NCBI GenBank assembly: GCA_051362555.1
Contig: CM120644.1
Span: 442,954 to 506,953 of the forward strand
Length of the DNA: 64,000 nucleotides
DNA from: Lingula anatina
Lineage: Eukaryota; Animalia; Brachiopoda
Reading direction: 5' to 3'
This document shows, in pieces, positions 49,403 to 62,954 of this stretch; position 1 is the first letter of the stretch; each line of letters opens with the position of its first letter. Both the position numbers and the translations under genes were made by a program. The notes beneath the pieces were generated by a model. It was not told where the DNA came from and made no database searches. It saw only the letters and a program-made list of their open reading frames with translations.

Positions 49403-50115
49403 GTATGTCGAACAGTAGCTGCACCGATATTTCTTCTCATTATACTTAAATTTAGGAAGATAAAAAACTTGACTTGGACTTGTATATTTTCCCACCGGTA
49501 CGATAGGTATTTAATAAACATACCGGGTGGTAGATTTTTGAAAAATTAATAAGCGTACTGGGTGGAAATGGAGCGTACCGATGGGAAGAAATTTGAAAAA
49601 TTAATTGACGTACCGACCGGTACGTTTATTTAATACTTCAAGGTATATGAGGAAACACCGGGCGTGATAGCCGCCATTTTTTTAAAGCTGCAGTACGGAA
49701 TTGTGGGATACGGCTCACTTCGGGAAACCCCTTCCAACCACGTGACTGGTTTTTGCAGACAGCAGAGCCTAGACAGGTTGCGTAACGTGCAGTTAGCACA
49801 TCGTCGCGAAGCGAAGCTCAAGCAGAGCGAGAATAAAGCCTTCTGCGCGCGGGCAAAGATAATTGCTTTCAGATGGCATTTCTGTACAGGGTGACTTAGT
49901 TAAAATGAAAATCTATCTAGCTAGAGACATATCTGTGAATATCCGTAAAAATCTATCAGTCGCCCTGGTAGAGGGTACATATAACCATACATCCACATAC
50001 TTTTAACCTATTGTATTCACATCCCCGATGTAGATTACCTCTAAGAGCCCTGTGTGACAAATTGACCTGCACATCGTACTATACCTACAAATTTCATATC
50101 TATCAGGCATATATA

Positions 50116-50355
50116 CACACACTGGACAATAGAAGTGTCACCCCTACTGAACCAATACTTTGGGGGAGATAAATCACTGTGGAATGATATGCTCCTGGTA
50201 TCATTTTATTAACATCAAATATCACAAAAAGTCCAACAGTACAATTCCATGGTACAGCGGTTTTATATACTCATTAGTCTCATTATAAGTAGACCAGGCA
50301 TTATAACTTTGATTACTCTGATTCAGGGGGTGACACATCTATTGTCCAGTGTGTG
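50116..50355. mobile_element. Tc1/mariner-type MITE
   Basis: TA flanks; TIR CACACACTGGACAATAGA(A/T)GTGTCACCCC. Confidence 0.75.
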
Positions 50356-51325
50356 TAGGAGTACAACATCATGTGATGGTTTGTTAATACAAAAGAAAAT
50401 ATAATGCACTCGTATACACATACTAGAAGTTAGTCCGCGTTAATCACAAGAAAAAAGAGGATGCATAATGATAATAATCACCAAGTAATATACCGTACAT
50501 AGATTGATATCAGATACCATGCTTCTCAAGCATGTTAATATAAACTGGAGATATCAGCACGTACAAAACTCATACCTACATGTATGACAATCTTAAGTTA
50601 CTCATTAAGAAGATAACTAATTAACGGGGAAGATATACGTACAAACACGTAAAGTGCCACCACGTACATTTTAATATAAATGTAATCTACATAATTTGGT
50701 GACAAGAAAGGCCACATTCAGAACAGTGGACTAACTAGTCCGCCGATCAAATATGGCGCCCCACTCAAAAGCTTGCTGTCTTATCCGCTAATAGGGGCCA
50801 TTCAGAATAAATGATCTGAGTATCAGCTGATCCAAAGATCCAAAGATCAGATATGTAGGACCCTACATGAAAGGAAGACCGATTATTCCTGAAATGGTCT
50901 CTCCACCTCTCACACGGCATCCCACGCGTCGTCCCTCGACCGGTCGAATTAAGCCGAGATTTAATGACTGTGCCCCTGTAGGGGCGTGTGAGAGGCAGAG
51001 AGACTATGGCCCCATTCAGAACGGATGATCCGTGTACTAACTGATCCGCCGACTAAATATGGCCCACCGCAGTTCAAAAGCGATGCCGCTGATTCCTGAT
51101 GGCCTCCCCGCCTCCACAAGCGCCGTCGCTGCAGGGGCCTAGCGTTTAAAACTCGGAGCAGATATTTACTCCGTTTAAAGGCGCGAGTGGATTCGGGGAG
51201 ACCTTCAGGAATCAGCGGCCTCGCTTTTGAGCTGTGGTCGGCCATATTGTCGGTGGACCAGTTAGTACTCGGATCATCCATTCTGAATGGGGCCTAGTAC
51301 AGGATTAAGCGGTCTTCCTTTCATG

Positions 51326-54300
51326 CTTGGACCTAAATAGAGAAGGACAAGTAACGCGGCATCTTCCTTTGAAGCTATGTGCGTTCGGGTAAACATTCGC
51401 CTATTGTCTCACATAATCTGTTTTGATAGCTCCACGGGCGTCTGAACAGCTTACTATCAAGGTAGCGCGCGCTGTGCTTCAGTGCATTTCTATTGTTTCT
51501 CTGCATTGATAAGGCAATTTCTCGCAGTCCCTCGTGGTTGCTATGATACAGCATTGCCGCCATCTTGCAGTTGCGAGCACACAGGTTTCCGTCAACACGT
51601 GGAAATTTATTGAGGGGTTTTCGGCATTTTTCCCCGTTACCTCATAAAAACGGGGTGTGAAGTTTGTCTTCAATACCTGCTGCCTTTCCCTGTCCGTGAG
51701 CTAGTCTCTGACAGGACAGGAATACGCACCCAACGACCGGAAATCTCATTCCTACATGTACCAGTAGCTGTGACACCCCGGAAGATCAATCAAATTTACC
51801 CAAGAACTGACTGCTGGTGAATCAGACAAATTAAAAATGGACCTTTTTAGCATGTTTGTGAAATTATATATTACCATTAGGGGCCACTCATTTCGCAGAC
51901 AGCTTAAAGAAAAGTACCAAGAATCTGTGTCTGCATCTACGAAAGAAAAAGGATTGAGAAAGTCTCTCAAAAGGAAGAGTAGAATTACAGCTTGAATTAT
52001 TACCTAGATTTTCAACAAACAGACAGTATGATCTTGTGCATTTATAACATTTGGGTTTTTTTCACTTAGCAATTAAGATCTTAATTAGAAATTTCATCTA
52101 GGTTTACATTTATTTTAATTAGTTATTTAAGAGTCAGATTTGTCGTATTAGTTTGGTAGAAAATAATACACCAGTAACCAAAATATGGCTTTCTGTTTTC
52201 AGTAACTGAAAAGCAGTCGTAATTCAAGAACTTATTATAAGTATTTATAATATTTGTTTTTTTTCATTCAGCAACTATCTTTCATTTTTATTTCGCTTTA
52301 TTTTTCATTAAAAGTTACCCGTTTACAATATGAGATTAATTTCACCAATACTGATCTTATGGTAATAAAAAATGCATATATTTGATATAAAAAATCTTCT
52401 TTTTATTTCTTTTCACTTCCTTTTTTTTTACACAACTTTAAATAATAAAAGATTTGACAAATAAGACGCATATCACTGCAAGAGGGTCAATATCAAATGC
52501 GAGTATGAATTTTATCAGGATCAGATTTTTTAAACCTGTAGTTAGTGTATTCTGAGGTAATTGAATATGCAATTTCAATCAAGCAAGAAAAAACTGTCTA
52601 AACATATAATCCATGTTTTTTACATTTGATTTTTTTTTTCATTATAAGATAGGAAATATAAAACAACTTGAGTACATTCCAATATTTATTATTATAAAAG
52701 TAAACATTAAAATTTTAAAATGCTTGTTACAAAGCTAGTGATGATGAATAAACAATACATGTGCAGTTTTCTTGTCTTGTCTCTTTTTGTGAATGTCATG
52801 TTGGAGTTCTTTCCTATTTGTATCCAAGTAGTATTAACTTATTTATAAAAGGTATAAACTAATTTCTCATTGACCTATGTGAATTACTGTCCAAATGTTT
52901 AATTAGCGAGTCTCCTCTTGGGCAATGGTGCATTGTCCAATTTTAACTTTCTTGTGGAGAGAATCTGGAAGAGAATAAGAATGTTTTTATCACAAACTAC
53001 TATAAATGACAATTGCCTTTTTTACTTCTACTTGGACATTTGAGCCACAGGTAAGCCTTATCAAATGCATCTCAAGATTCTACCTGTCAGGTAGATTTTC
53101 CCTCTAGTTAAATTTACTTCCCTTGTTAGGCATGGACTTTCTAGATCATTATCAGCCAGGTAACTAAGCCGTCTGGCCCTTTGATGATTTGATAAAGCCA
53201 GCTAGGTGCTATCCAAAGGCATGTCTCAGGATTATTTCAAAGATTTCAAGCACCTGATAACAAGATAATGCAATGTAGCAAGGCAATTACAGAGGTGAGA
53301 CTCTTATCACAAATGTGATCAAGATCTACTTTTATGACCATTACCCGAGTAAATATAATCATGAACTTTGCATGTGTACATGTCCACATATACACTTTCA
53401 CTATAAGACCAATGAGGGTGTTTGTCAATCGTCTTTATTCTGTTTAGGGAATCCAATTTAAAAATGAAAAACTAATAATTATTATTCTCAAACTGGAGCA
53501 GACTTTAGCCGGTCATGTGAATATACATATATACTTCAGAGTAGAGTTAATGTCAACTTTGATAAAAGGATATTAAAAGGCCCACAGGTGCGTTTTTTGT
53601 GTGTCACAATTGCATGGGTGGTGCCATATTGCAATGAAAGCCCATATTAAGAGTTAAAAAAATAATAATTATCATTCTCAGACTGGAGCTGACTGGAGCT
53701 GGTAATGTGTAAATATATATATACTTTCAAGCAGTGTTAATGTCAACTTTGATAAAAGGATATTTAAAGAATCACAGTTGCGTTTTTGTGTGTAACAATT
53801 GCATGTGTGGTGTCATATTGCTATGATAGCCCATATTGAGAGTCAAAAAAATAATAATTATCATTTTCAGTCCAGAGCTGACTGTAGCCGGTAATGTGTA
53901 AATATATATATACTTTAGAGCAGTGTTAATGTCAACTTTGATAAAAGGATATTAAAAGGATCACAGGTGCGTTTTTGTGTGTCATAATTGCATGTGTTGT
54001 GCCATATTGCAATGATAGCCCATATTGAGAGTTATAAAAATAATAATTTTCATTCTCAGACCGGAGCTGACTGTAGCCGGTAATGTGTAAATATATATAT
54101 ACTTCAGAGCAGTGTTAATGTCAACTTTGATAAAAGGATATTAAAAGGATCACAGGTGCGTTTTTGTGTGTCACAATTGCATGGGTGGTGCCATGTTGCA
54201 ACGAGAGCCCATATTAAGAGTTAAAAATATTAATTATCATTCCATAATTCGGGCTCACTTAAGCAAGTAACATAAACCTATACATATTGTACACAGCGGT

Positions 54301-54889
54301 GTTGATGCCACCTTTATCTAAACCGTACGTAAAAAATACCAGACCTAAAACGATGTCGGCGAGTCGAATAAATCGGAGAGGAATTGCGTCATTTCAATTC
54401 AAAACACGATTTGAGATTAAATTATTGCCGCATCTATGGCTAATTCTTTACATAGAGGTAAAATTTCGAGACTAGAAATATTTTTCTATCGGATCATAGC
54501 TAAAGACAAGTATTCGACACCGCAGTTGTACAATTTTAAACACTCATTTTACGGCAACAAACACGATTGCCTTCACCATATTGGGCATTTTGAATTCCTC
54601 CATTAACAAACATACCTTATTCTCATCTAGCATCCAAAATAGCAAAAGAAATTGTACTTACATTTTATCTCTATATGTGTCTTGACTCATCCACCCGAAC
54701 ATTTTCCTCGCGTTATCACCAGCTACCTGTCCAAATGACACAAAAAGTCATCAACAGCCGCGATATGCTCGCTACCTGTACGGGAGGTCACGTGATCCGA
54801 ACGCACATCGTTTCGCGAAGAGCTCGCGCTAAGCCGATTATCCTTTGATCTTTCTCCGCGTTACTTGTCCTTCTCTATTTAGGTCCAAG
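51326..54889. mobile_element. Non-autonomous DNA transposon with 34-bp TIR and 7-bp TSD (P-superfamily-like)
   Basis: Perfect TIR CTTGGACCTAAATAGAGAAGGACAAGTAACGCGG; TSD TTTCATG (51319-51325, 54890-54896). Confidence 0.8.
53468..54245. repeat. ~189-bp tandem repeat, 4 copies, inside the P-like element
   Basis: Anchor TGTCAACTTTGATAAAAGGATAT recurs at 53551, 53741, 53930 and 54119. Confidence 0.92.
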
Positions 54890-55721
54890 TTTCATGTGAG
54901 GTCCGCCATATTTGATCCTTGGATCATCTGATACGCAGATCTTTTATTCTGAATGGCCCCTATAGACACCGAATAGATTCCCCTTGGGAAGTATTCAAGT
55001 GGGTGGGCCATATTTGACCCTCGGATAGTTAGTCCACTACACTGTTCTGAAAGCGGCCAAAAAGACTTCAGTATAGGTTACAGCGTTAAGACAATTCAGG
55101 CTGGAGTAATTGTATATAGACATAAGAATTCAAGATAACACAATGGGTTTGCTGTATCGTCATTATACCATTAAATTAATGGGGTTTCAGTAGGATGAAC
55201 GATCACCACAAATTGATATAAAATAGGCGTTAGGATACATTCACTCTAATTAGATATATCCAAGCTTGTTTTAATAACAGAGCAATTTCCCCACTATAAC
55301 TTCATATAGCTGCATTATGTATATTTTTATACTCTGTATATACATGTATATTGCAGCTCACATAAATTATTTCTAGAATCGATCGAGGAACTATAGGTAC
55401 CAGTATATTGTAGTTAACATCACAGCTGTGGCGTATTTGGTCACGTGTCTCGTGTTATTTCATTTAATGTGACACGTGGTGCTGACGTCAGGTAACAACG
55501 GCAAAGTATCAAAAACGAGAGCAAAATATGTTTAAAATTATGGATGAGTATTTTAAGAGCCCAATCCTTCATTACAGAACTTGATCTCCTTTCCATAAGT
55601 TGATCCATTTGCTTGCATATGGTCGTCTGGGCAGTGTTTTAGTAAACAAGGAGTCTATACATCCACTGCAGTGAGATTCCTGTGTGCTGTCATTCAAAAT
55701 GTCACACAAGTGCAGCATTTG

Positions 55722-56049
55722 TTATTACCTCCGCCAAGGAGGTTATGTTTTCACCCCTGTTTGTTTGTTTGTTTGTTTGTTTGTCTGTCTGTCTGTCTGT
55801 CTGTCATCAATATAACTCAAAAAGTTAATGACCGATTTTGATGAAATTTTCAGGAACTGTCAGAAGTGGGCCAAGGAACAGATGATTAGTTTTTGGTGGG
55901 AATCCGGATCAATAATCAATCAATAATCAGTGATCCGGACCAATAAACAATCAATAATAAAAAATATCGAAATTTTAGGGGTGAAACGGCATTGGATGGA
56001 GACTTTGCTGCCTTGGCGGAGGTCTGAGCTCTCTGATTGCTTTTCTAGT
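55722..56049 (-). mobile_element. Short Helentron-type non-autonomous element
   Basis: TTACCTCCGCCAAGGAGGT hairpin, (TGTT)n/(TGTC)n microsatellite, CCTTGGCGGAGGTC...CTAGT end; reverse homolog of 27934-28159. Confidence 0.75.
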
Positions 56050-56084
56050 TTGAATATATGACAAAAATTTCTACGGTATGTCAG

Positions 56085-59000
56085 CAGTGTATGAAATGGC
56101 CCCAGCCCGCCAGCCCGAGGCTAGTAACTTTCAGACCGGGCGGGTAAGATTTACAAATTACCCGCCCGACGGGCTGGTTATTTTTACAGCCTATTTTCAG
56201 CTTGTATTTTGTCGATGTTCACAAGCGATTTCAGCAAAATATCAAATCAACTCACTGTTTTCACCCACTTTCATAGAAGCAAAGAATTAACCATAGCTTG
56301 CAATCGAACGCTCGTATCGAAATGTAACCAAGTCTCCCTCTCAGTGGCCTCGTTTTCAAAGTTCCGTCTTTGTGATATGAAGTTGAAAGACAATTTGAAA
56401 CGAGGCATATTGTTCAGTGCACAGCAGATAACGTTACGTCATTGTTTTGTGTAGAGGAGATACCGCGAGTAGCAATTTGTAGGTTGAGAGTAATAAAAAT
56501 GTGAAAGTATAAAAAGTTATAATATTGATTAAATAGACTTACAGGTACATGAAGTGCTTATAATCAACAGTAATAAAAGCAACGGAGGCAAATTAAAGGA
56601 GAATTTTACAAAAAAATTGAATCCCAAAATTATGAGTGAACGTACGAGTTTATGCCGTGCGTCAGATGTAGTTCTTTTCCCACGTGCTTTCATCTTGGGC
56701 TGTCAAAAATGAAAAAAAATTCTATCAAGTCCGATAGAGAAGTTCACAAAAGAAAAACAATTGAGAAAAGAAATAAAAATAACAAAGATTACGACAGAAC
56801 CAAACGAAAGAGAACAAATTTGGACCCATGGAAAGGTGACTTCGATTTGCAATGAGTCGAGCGGCAACATTTTTTGTAAAACCGTAACTCGAAAGTATCA
56901 CGCATTGCGACCGAGCGCAAGCATCTCGATCCAATAACTCGCCCCATATAATATATTGTAGCCTCTATGTGATGTAGCTATTCTCAACAAACGATGCTTT
57001 CGAGATACGGGGCCCTGCAGGACTGTCTATGGGCCATTAGCGTGCAGGTCCGTTCCCGACCGCTTTAAGCGATATTCAAAGGGACCCTACGTGCTGAATT
57101 CTTTCTTCTTTATTGTCAGCACAGAGATCGATTTATTTGACAAGAATATATATACAGGGTTGCTACTTAATATGGAATATTTTTTATCATTGTTATTTTT
57201 GAGTACTGATTAATTTTTTTTTGGCTTGAGTCATTAAAAAAGTATGCCACTGAGTAATAAAAACATCCAGTCTTCTGTTGTGAGATATTTTGGTCAATGA
57301 TATCAAATCTGACATAAGATGCTATTCAAAAAGAAAGGAACACCCCCAAAAAACCACATCAACAGTTTAATGTCAGTATTAACTTTAAGCTAAGATATTA
57401 AAGTAAATGATAGCCTCCGGACAGTGATATGTTACACATACAGTCAAAGAACTCACTACAGTAAATCATGAAAAGCCAGTAATTGCGGGTATGACCTCCA
57501 GCAGCCGCTTGCAGCGCCCTCATCCTACATGGCATACCCTGTAACACGTTTTGTAGAGTTTGGATGGGGATATCATTCCACGCAGTGATATTTGCCTGTC
57601 GCAGTTCATCACTATTTACCGGCCAATGACCATAGCTATTAATTTTGTGAGTTACTTTTGCCCAAAGATTTTCAATTAGGTTCATATCTGGAGAGTTTGT
57701 AGGCCAGGGCAGTTGCTGAACCCATTGGTTTTGAAGAAAAACAGTGATTCTGCGGCCTCGATGTGGGGTTGCGCAGTCGTCTTGGTACACAAAGTTGTCC
57801 TTGAAGATGGCTCTTACCAATCGAAGCATCGTTTGCCGTAGAATGTCTCTGTAGGAATCCTGGCTGAGGTTGCCTCTTACAAAAACCAACTGGTTCTGGG
57901 CACCGACATGAAATTCTCCTCAAACAGAGACGTTACAACCCCCTGCTTGCACCCTAGGTAGTACACAACCATCGTTTTATGTCCTTCGTACACGTCGGTG
58001 GACACGGATTCGACCATCAACCCTAAAAGATCCATATGTGGCCTCATTACTGAAAACGACGTGATTCCAGTGTTTTGGCTGCAAACGCACGTGGTCCCCA
58101 GCCCATTGCAGGCGTCGCTGTATATGACCTGCTGTTAACAGTGGTTTCCCTACTGGCCTTCGTGCAAAATAACCGGCTTGCAGTAATCTCTTGTTCACGA
58201 TTGACGTTGAAACGGGCGTTTGAATGACATTCTGCCTCTCTTTTCTGAGGACACTGGTTGCCTTTGTACGACCAGCACGGCGTCCTCTAAGGAGAAGGCG
58301 ATCCTGTCTTCTTGGTGTGATACGCGGACACCATGGTCGAGGTATTGGAGTAGGTGCCCCTGTTGCAGCATTTCTTTGGAGGACTTTACAAACGGTTCTT
58401 GATAAATGTTGAATTACCTGGCAATGGCTGTCCGTTTCTGGACATTTTCTCTGAGAGCAAGAGTCCCATAGTAAGCTGCTTTGCTTAGCTGTCGAACCAT
58501 ATCTTCAATAAGGTACCTGTCAAGTTTCAGTGCGATCCCTTTGTTGCTTCTCTAAACACACTCCAAAGATTGACCAAACCCATGCGTTTTTATACAAGGG
58601 CAGAAATTGCCGAAAAGACCACCCCTCACATTTCTGACCACAGAAAATGCAACTGTATGCATCAATTGTTTCGAGAGTTGTATGGTAATTAGGTAACACA
58701 CCTGGCTACTCAGGGAGTGACACCTCAGATTTGGATGTAAAGTAGTTAGAGAGAAAATAAATATTTTGTAGAAAATTTACTCGCCAAAAAATAATATTCC
58801 ATATTAAGTGGTAACCCTGTATGTATTTGGTCAAACTTGTTGCAATACAGAAAAGCAGAAATTATGATCAAATGATATCACGAAATCGGAATAAAAGTTA
58901 TGAATAAATTATTGAAGAAGAAAAGAGACAGCCTGCAAGTTGAACATAAACTGAATTGACTACCCCGCCCTCCCCCGCCCGCTAAAGGGCCCTGAAAATT

Positions 59001-59088
59001 TTTGGTATTTTAGATGGTGAATGGTGCCATTTGGTATGGTTTAGAACTATGATTCAACTAGTGAAAAGTCTTATTTCAACAGGGGAGC

Positions 59089-59136
<48 letters not shown>

Positions 59137-59436
59137 AGAAATTGAAAGGGGGGGGGGGCGTCAGGACCCCCTGACCCCCCTCTAAATCCAACACTGACAA
59201 GGTATCATTCAGTAGAAATTCCAACCAATTTCTAAATTTCCATGCATAAGGCATGATATTGCCCTTTCATTTCCAAATTACTCTCCCAAGAATGCATTCT
59301 AGACCCCCTCAGCATACCTCTCTTAACTCTAGGGGTTATCATAACTAGGGCAGGTAACTACATGGCCGGGCTGGTAACTTTTCAGAGTTACCTGCCCGGC
59401 GGTCTGGCTAGTAATTTCCTTGAATTTCATACACTG
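56085..59436 (+). mobile_element. hAT-like non-autonomous element containing a nested Tc1
   Basis: TIR CAGTGTATGAAAT / ATTTCATACACTG; subterminal GCCCG/CTGGTAAC motifs at both ends; remnant KRKRT...W...F peptide (~56800-56850) resembles hAT transposase N-termini. No clear TSD. Confidence 0.55.
57155..58819 (-). mobile_element. Tc1 (DD34E) transposon, second copy of the 11056-12727 family, disrupted
   Basis: Same TIRs, TA TSD and collinear sequence; the first catalytic D is mutated (VFSNE). Confidence 0.93.
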
Positions 59437-59582
59437 CATAGTATGTGCATGCACAAACTTCTGTTAATGCAGGGGGATTCTGTATAAGCAGATACTTCAA
59501 TTTGGGTTTTATGGCTAGTGTCGGGTGGGGCTATAACAAAGTAAAAAGCCGGGCGCCCATGTGACCAGAGCCCGGCAACATA

Positions 59583-60890
59583 CAGGATGTCCCAAAAAGA
59601 TGGTGCCAGTTTCGATAAAGTAGCATTTTCTGTTGAAAGGAACATTTAACAATATATTTTCACGGACCTGTCTTAAGCCTCTCTTTCAACCCATCGTGCG
59701 TGCTTAGAGATGGTGCGTTCTCGGAGTTCTTGTCAGGCGTAGCGTTGTCGCAGGATGAAAATTAAATCGCAGCGGACGTAAGAAGTAAGTACTTTATGAT
59801 TAGGTGTGTCATGCTCTAAACCTGGGTCCCGCAAGTGGTCTGTACGCCTTTTTGGAAGTAGGAAGAAGTAAGGAGCACGTACGATCTGTACTTGTGTCGC
59901 ATACAGTGAGTGAGATAATCGTACGTGTATTGCAAGTGAAGCGTACGTTTTTAGAAATCGTACTTACGAAGTAAGAGAAACGTAAGAGAAACGTAAAGAG
60001 CACTTTTTCAGTACTTTTGTCTTGCGTGCTACGAGCGTGCTCCAGGTGTTCTGATTGTCGCAGACAGTTTTCGGGCTGCGTGCTTGGCCAATTTTTTGCA
60101 CGCAAACCGCTCGTAGAAGCACTCACGACCGGTTGTAAGAGTGGCTTTAAGCCTAGGTCCCAACTGAACGTAAGGGTTGCTACGTGTGGTCTACGGCCAA
60201 AAAAAATGGGGAAAATGTGGGAGTTCGTGCGTGAGGAGTACGTCCATCGTGCTACTTTTTGAGGACGCAAACAGCAAGTAGAAACTTTTCACCAATTACA
60301 TGATTTGTTCCCTGCGATCTAGCTACGTCCTAGCCGGACGCAAGGAACCTAAAAACCGTGCGTCCAAAACGTAGTTGGGACCTAGGCTTTACTACTTGGC
60401 CAATTTTTTGAACGCAAACTTCTCTTAGAAGCACGCACGACCGGTTGTAAGAGTGGCTTTAAGCCTAGGTCCCAACTGAACGTAAGGGTTGCTACGTGTG
60501 GTCTACGGCCAAAAAAATGGGGAAAATGTGGGAGTTCGTGTGAGGACGCAAAAACAGCACGTAGAAACTTTACGACATGATCAGCAGCCGCTACGTGCGA
60601 TCTAGCTACGTCCTAGCCGGGCGCAAGGAACCTAAAAACCGTGCGTCCAAAGCGTAGTTGGGACCTAGGCTTAACAGACAGATACGTTTTGTGTGGTTTA
60701 TAGACTGACTTTTGCAATGACAGTGCTCAATATGGCATGGAGAATTCTCATGAACTCCGTTCGAATATTATTCTCGAGAGCATCAATAGTTTGGGTGTTG
60801 TTGACATAAATTCTATCTTTTGAGTATCTCCAAAGAACCAGTCCAAAGGGAAAAAGTCTCCAGTCGTGCTCACCGACCTTGAGGAGCACA
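59583..60890 (-). mobile_element. Mariner (DD37D/DD41D-like) remnant interrupted by MITEs
   Basis: TA-CAGGATGTCCCAAAAA terminus; ORF 60698-60889 LWRYSKDRIYVNNTQTIDALENNI resembles the LWGYLKDRVY motif. Confidence 0.55.
59676..60671. mobile_element. Chain of Harbinger-like MITEs separated by TTA
   Basis: MITE 59676-60146; MITE 60150-60388 (TIR AGCCTAGGTCCCAACT); partial copy 60392-60458; MITE 60462-60671. Confidence 0.7.
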
Positions 60891-61239
60891 ATCTACAAAC
60901 CTATCCTCTTTGGATTGTTTTATCTGGAAATATCTTAAAAACGTGACACACACAACGTAGAGACTCCTACCAACATAACATTACATAACAATAACATAAC
61001 AAAACATATTTTATATATACCTTATATAATGGCCAATGATCCTGGAAAGTTCCCAGTTACCGCCCTGTGTATGTATTATATCATAACCTCTGCTCTCTGA
61101 ATTGAATGGAAGAAAACCCGTACTGTGACTTCAGCTATATGTGGGTTTACTGTTATGTCAGACTGCATAAAATAGTGACAGATGACGACGATCTAGAGGT
61201 TTCAAACATTTATTCACCGACCTATTAGTCAGCGGATCA

Positions 61240-61600
61240 ACGTTGTTGTGATGACAGCCTTACCAGCATTGTTCACATCTCTTTCAAAACTTTTGTCTAC
61301 ATCTCTTTAAGACTTCAATCTTTAGACCCATCTTTAAAAAGTTAATGTTGATTCCACTCTCCCACTAAACGATAGACCAGTGGCCAATTTGTATTTTCTT
61401 TCAAAGGTCGAAAATATTATCCCTGTCAGATTGTTTGATTATCTCAAGTGATTATCTCAGAAAACCCAGTCAGCATATAAGCCTGGCCATAACACAGTAA
61501 CAGCACTGATTTGAATCAAAATAATTTACTGATTTGAATGATTAGGGGTGAAGAAAAAGACCTGTCAGCGGCTTTTGATACAGTAAAGCATCAATTGTTT
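61240..61600 (+). mobile_element. Decayed CR1/L2-type LINE reverse transcriptase fragment
   Basis: Fragments QSAYKPGHNT.TAL and DLSAAFDTVKH. Confidence 0.7.
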
Positions 61601-62294
61601 CAACGAAATATTATTGACGACGCAGACTTTACGGTAATGATCAGCAATAAGTTGTTGTTAAATCGGTCACTTATTCTTAACTTAACCGTTTTTATGCAAA
61701 AGGTAATTTGCCCGGACCCACGCGAGCCAGCGTTCGTTTTCGCGACTTCACGATTCCGTTGTGACGGAATAACGTGCGTCATCTGGGATATGAACTCGTG
61801 ACTTTCCGTCACCGTTGTTGGTGATGGCTTTGGATTTTTATGGCAGTCAAGCACACTACCGACTGGTCCGCCCACCCTCTGTACGTACGGGTTTCCTCTT
61901 ATAGTAATCAAATGCAATTTTTAGAAATTTATAGCAAAAAATATAAACACTGAACATCCTAGAATTCGAACTCACGCATAAGTGTCTAGCTGTGTCCAAG
62001 ACAGTGGAGTTACCACGGAAGCCGCAGAAGCTTCGTTAGTAGGCTGTAGATCAAATGGAAACTTTCTATCTACTTGTAATGTTTACATCGACAATGACAA
62101 TCGACATGAGTAATTTATCCCGCTCAACGCCAGTCCCCGAACATGGTCTTATCATCAATTTTGGAGTACTTGATGTACATGAGGCCTTGGATATTTTCCC
62201 AATTGCATTTATATTAATGAAAACAACACCTTGATTTTGTCAAAAGTTTATTTATTTATTTATTTTTCTTTTAGAATCATCATGTAACAGTAAT

Positions 62295-62830
62295 GCAAGG
62301 CTGACACTTGCACGATTTTGGCCCCGATTTTGTCGTGGCAGGTCGTGCCATTTTGGGGCACGAAGTGGGAGGCTCCCGCACTGTTCCCTACTAGTTCATG
62401 CTTAGTTCACGACGAGTTCACGACGAGCTCACGAATAGTTTACGAATGCATGTCCACATTGACACAAAGTGGCACGACAAGTTCACGCATAGTTTGCGCA
62501 TAGTTTACGCACTTCCCGCATTGGCACGACGAGTTTGCGCAATTCGGACGGTGTCGTGCCGACTTGGGCACGCGATATACGTGAGCTGCTCGTGAATTAT
62601 TCGGCAGTTCGTAACAGTCGTGGGTCGTGGCATGGCGCGCACTGCCACGCACTTGCACGCATCCTCTCGCATCGTCCCGACGAGATCACGACGAGTTCAC
62701 GAACAGTCGCGAAATTTTGTCGTGACCAAAATTTTGAATTTCTTCACGCCAGTTCACGACTAGTTTGCGCACTGACACGACTCGAGTCTTGCCAATGCGT
62801 GCCACAGAATCGTGCAAGTGTCAGCCTTGC
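62295..62830. mobile_element. MITE with internal CACGA/TCGTG repeats
   Basis: TIR GCAAGGCTGACACTTGCACGATT / AATCGTGCAAGTGTCAGCCTTGC. Confidence 0.75.
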
Positions 62831-62954
62831 TTTACATTTCAGAAAACATTACATTAAATAGAAAGCTATTTTGAAAGTTTATTGAAACATCTAATGGTCA
62901 AGTCGGGCATTAAATTCACACTTTCTGAAATACTGGCGTCGGGCGTGGGAACAG

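Larger units (their letters stand above)
40722..49977. mobile_element. Non-autonomous DNA transposon (~1.8 kb net) with 100-bp TIRs and 9-bp TSD, hosting the Gypsy insertion
   Basis: TIRs 40722-40821 and 49878-49977 are near-perfect; TSD CATATAACC at 40713-40721 and 49978-49986. Superfamily (MULE or AcademH) is unresolved. Confidence 0.88.
50710..55058. mobile_element. Nested Harbinger-like MITEs (outer 50710-55058, middle 50794-54960, inner 51008-51294)
   Basis: Three related TIR pairs beginning GGCCACATTCAGAA, GGGGCCATTCAGAA and GGCCCCATTCAGAA, each with a matching reverse-complement end. Confidence 0.7.

Noticed and set aside
51375-51673. THAP domain in the P-like element
   Set aside because: No C2CH signature or AVPT box could be read.
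61950-62045. tRNA gene
   Set aside because: Only a B-box-like GTTCGAAT on the minus strand and no cloverleaf; at most a SINE relic.
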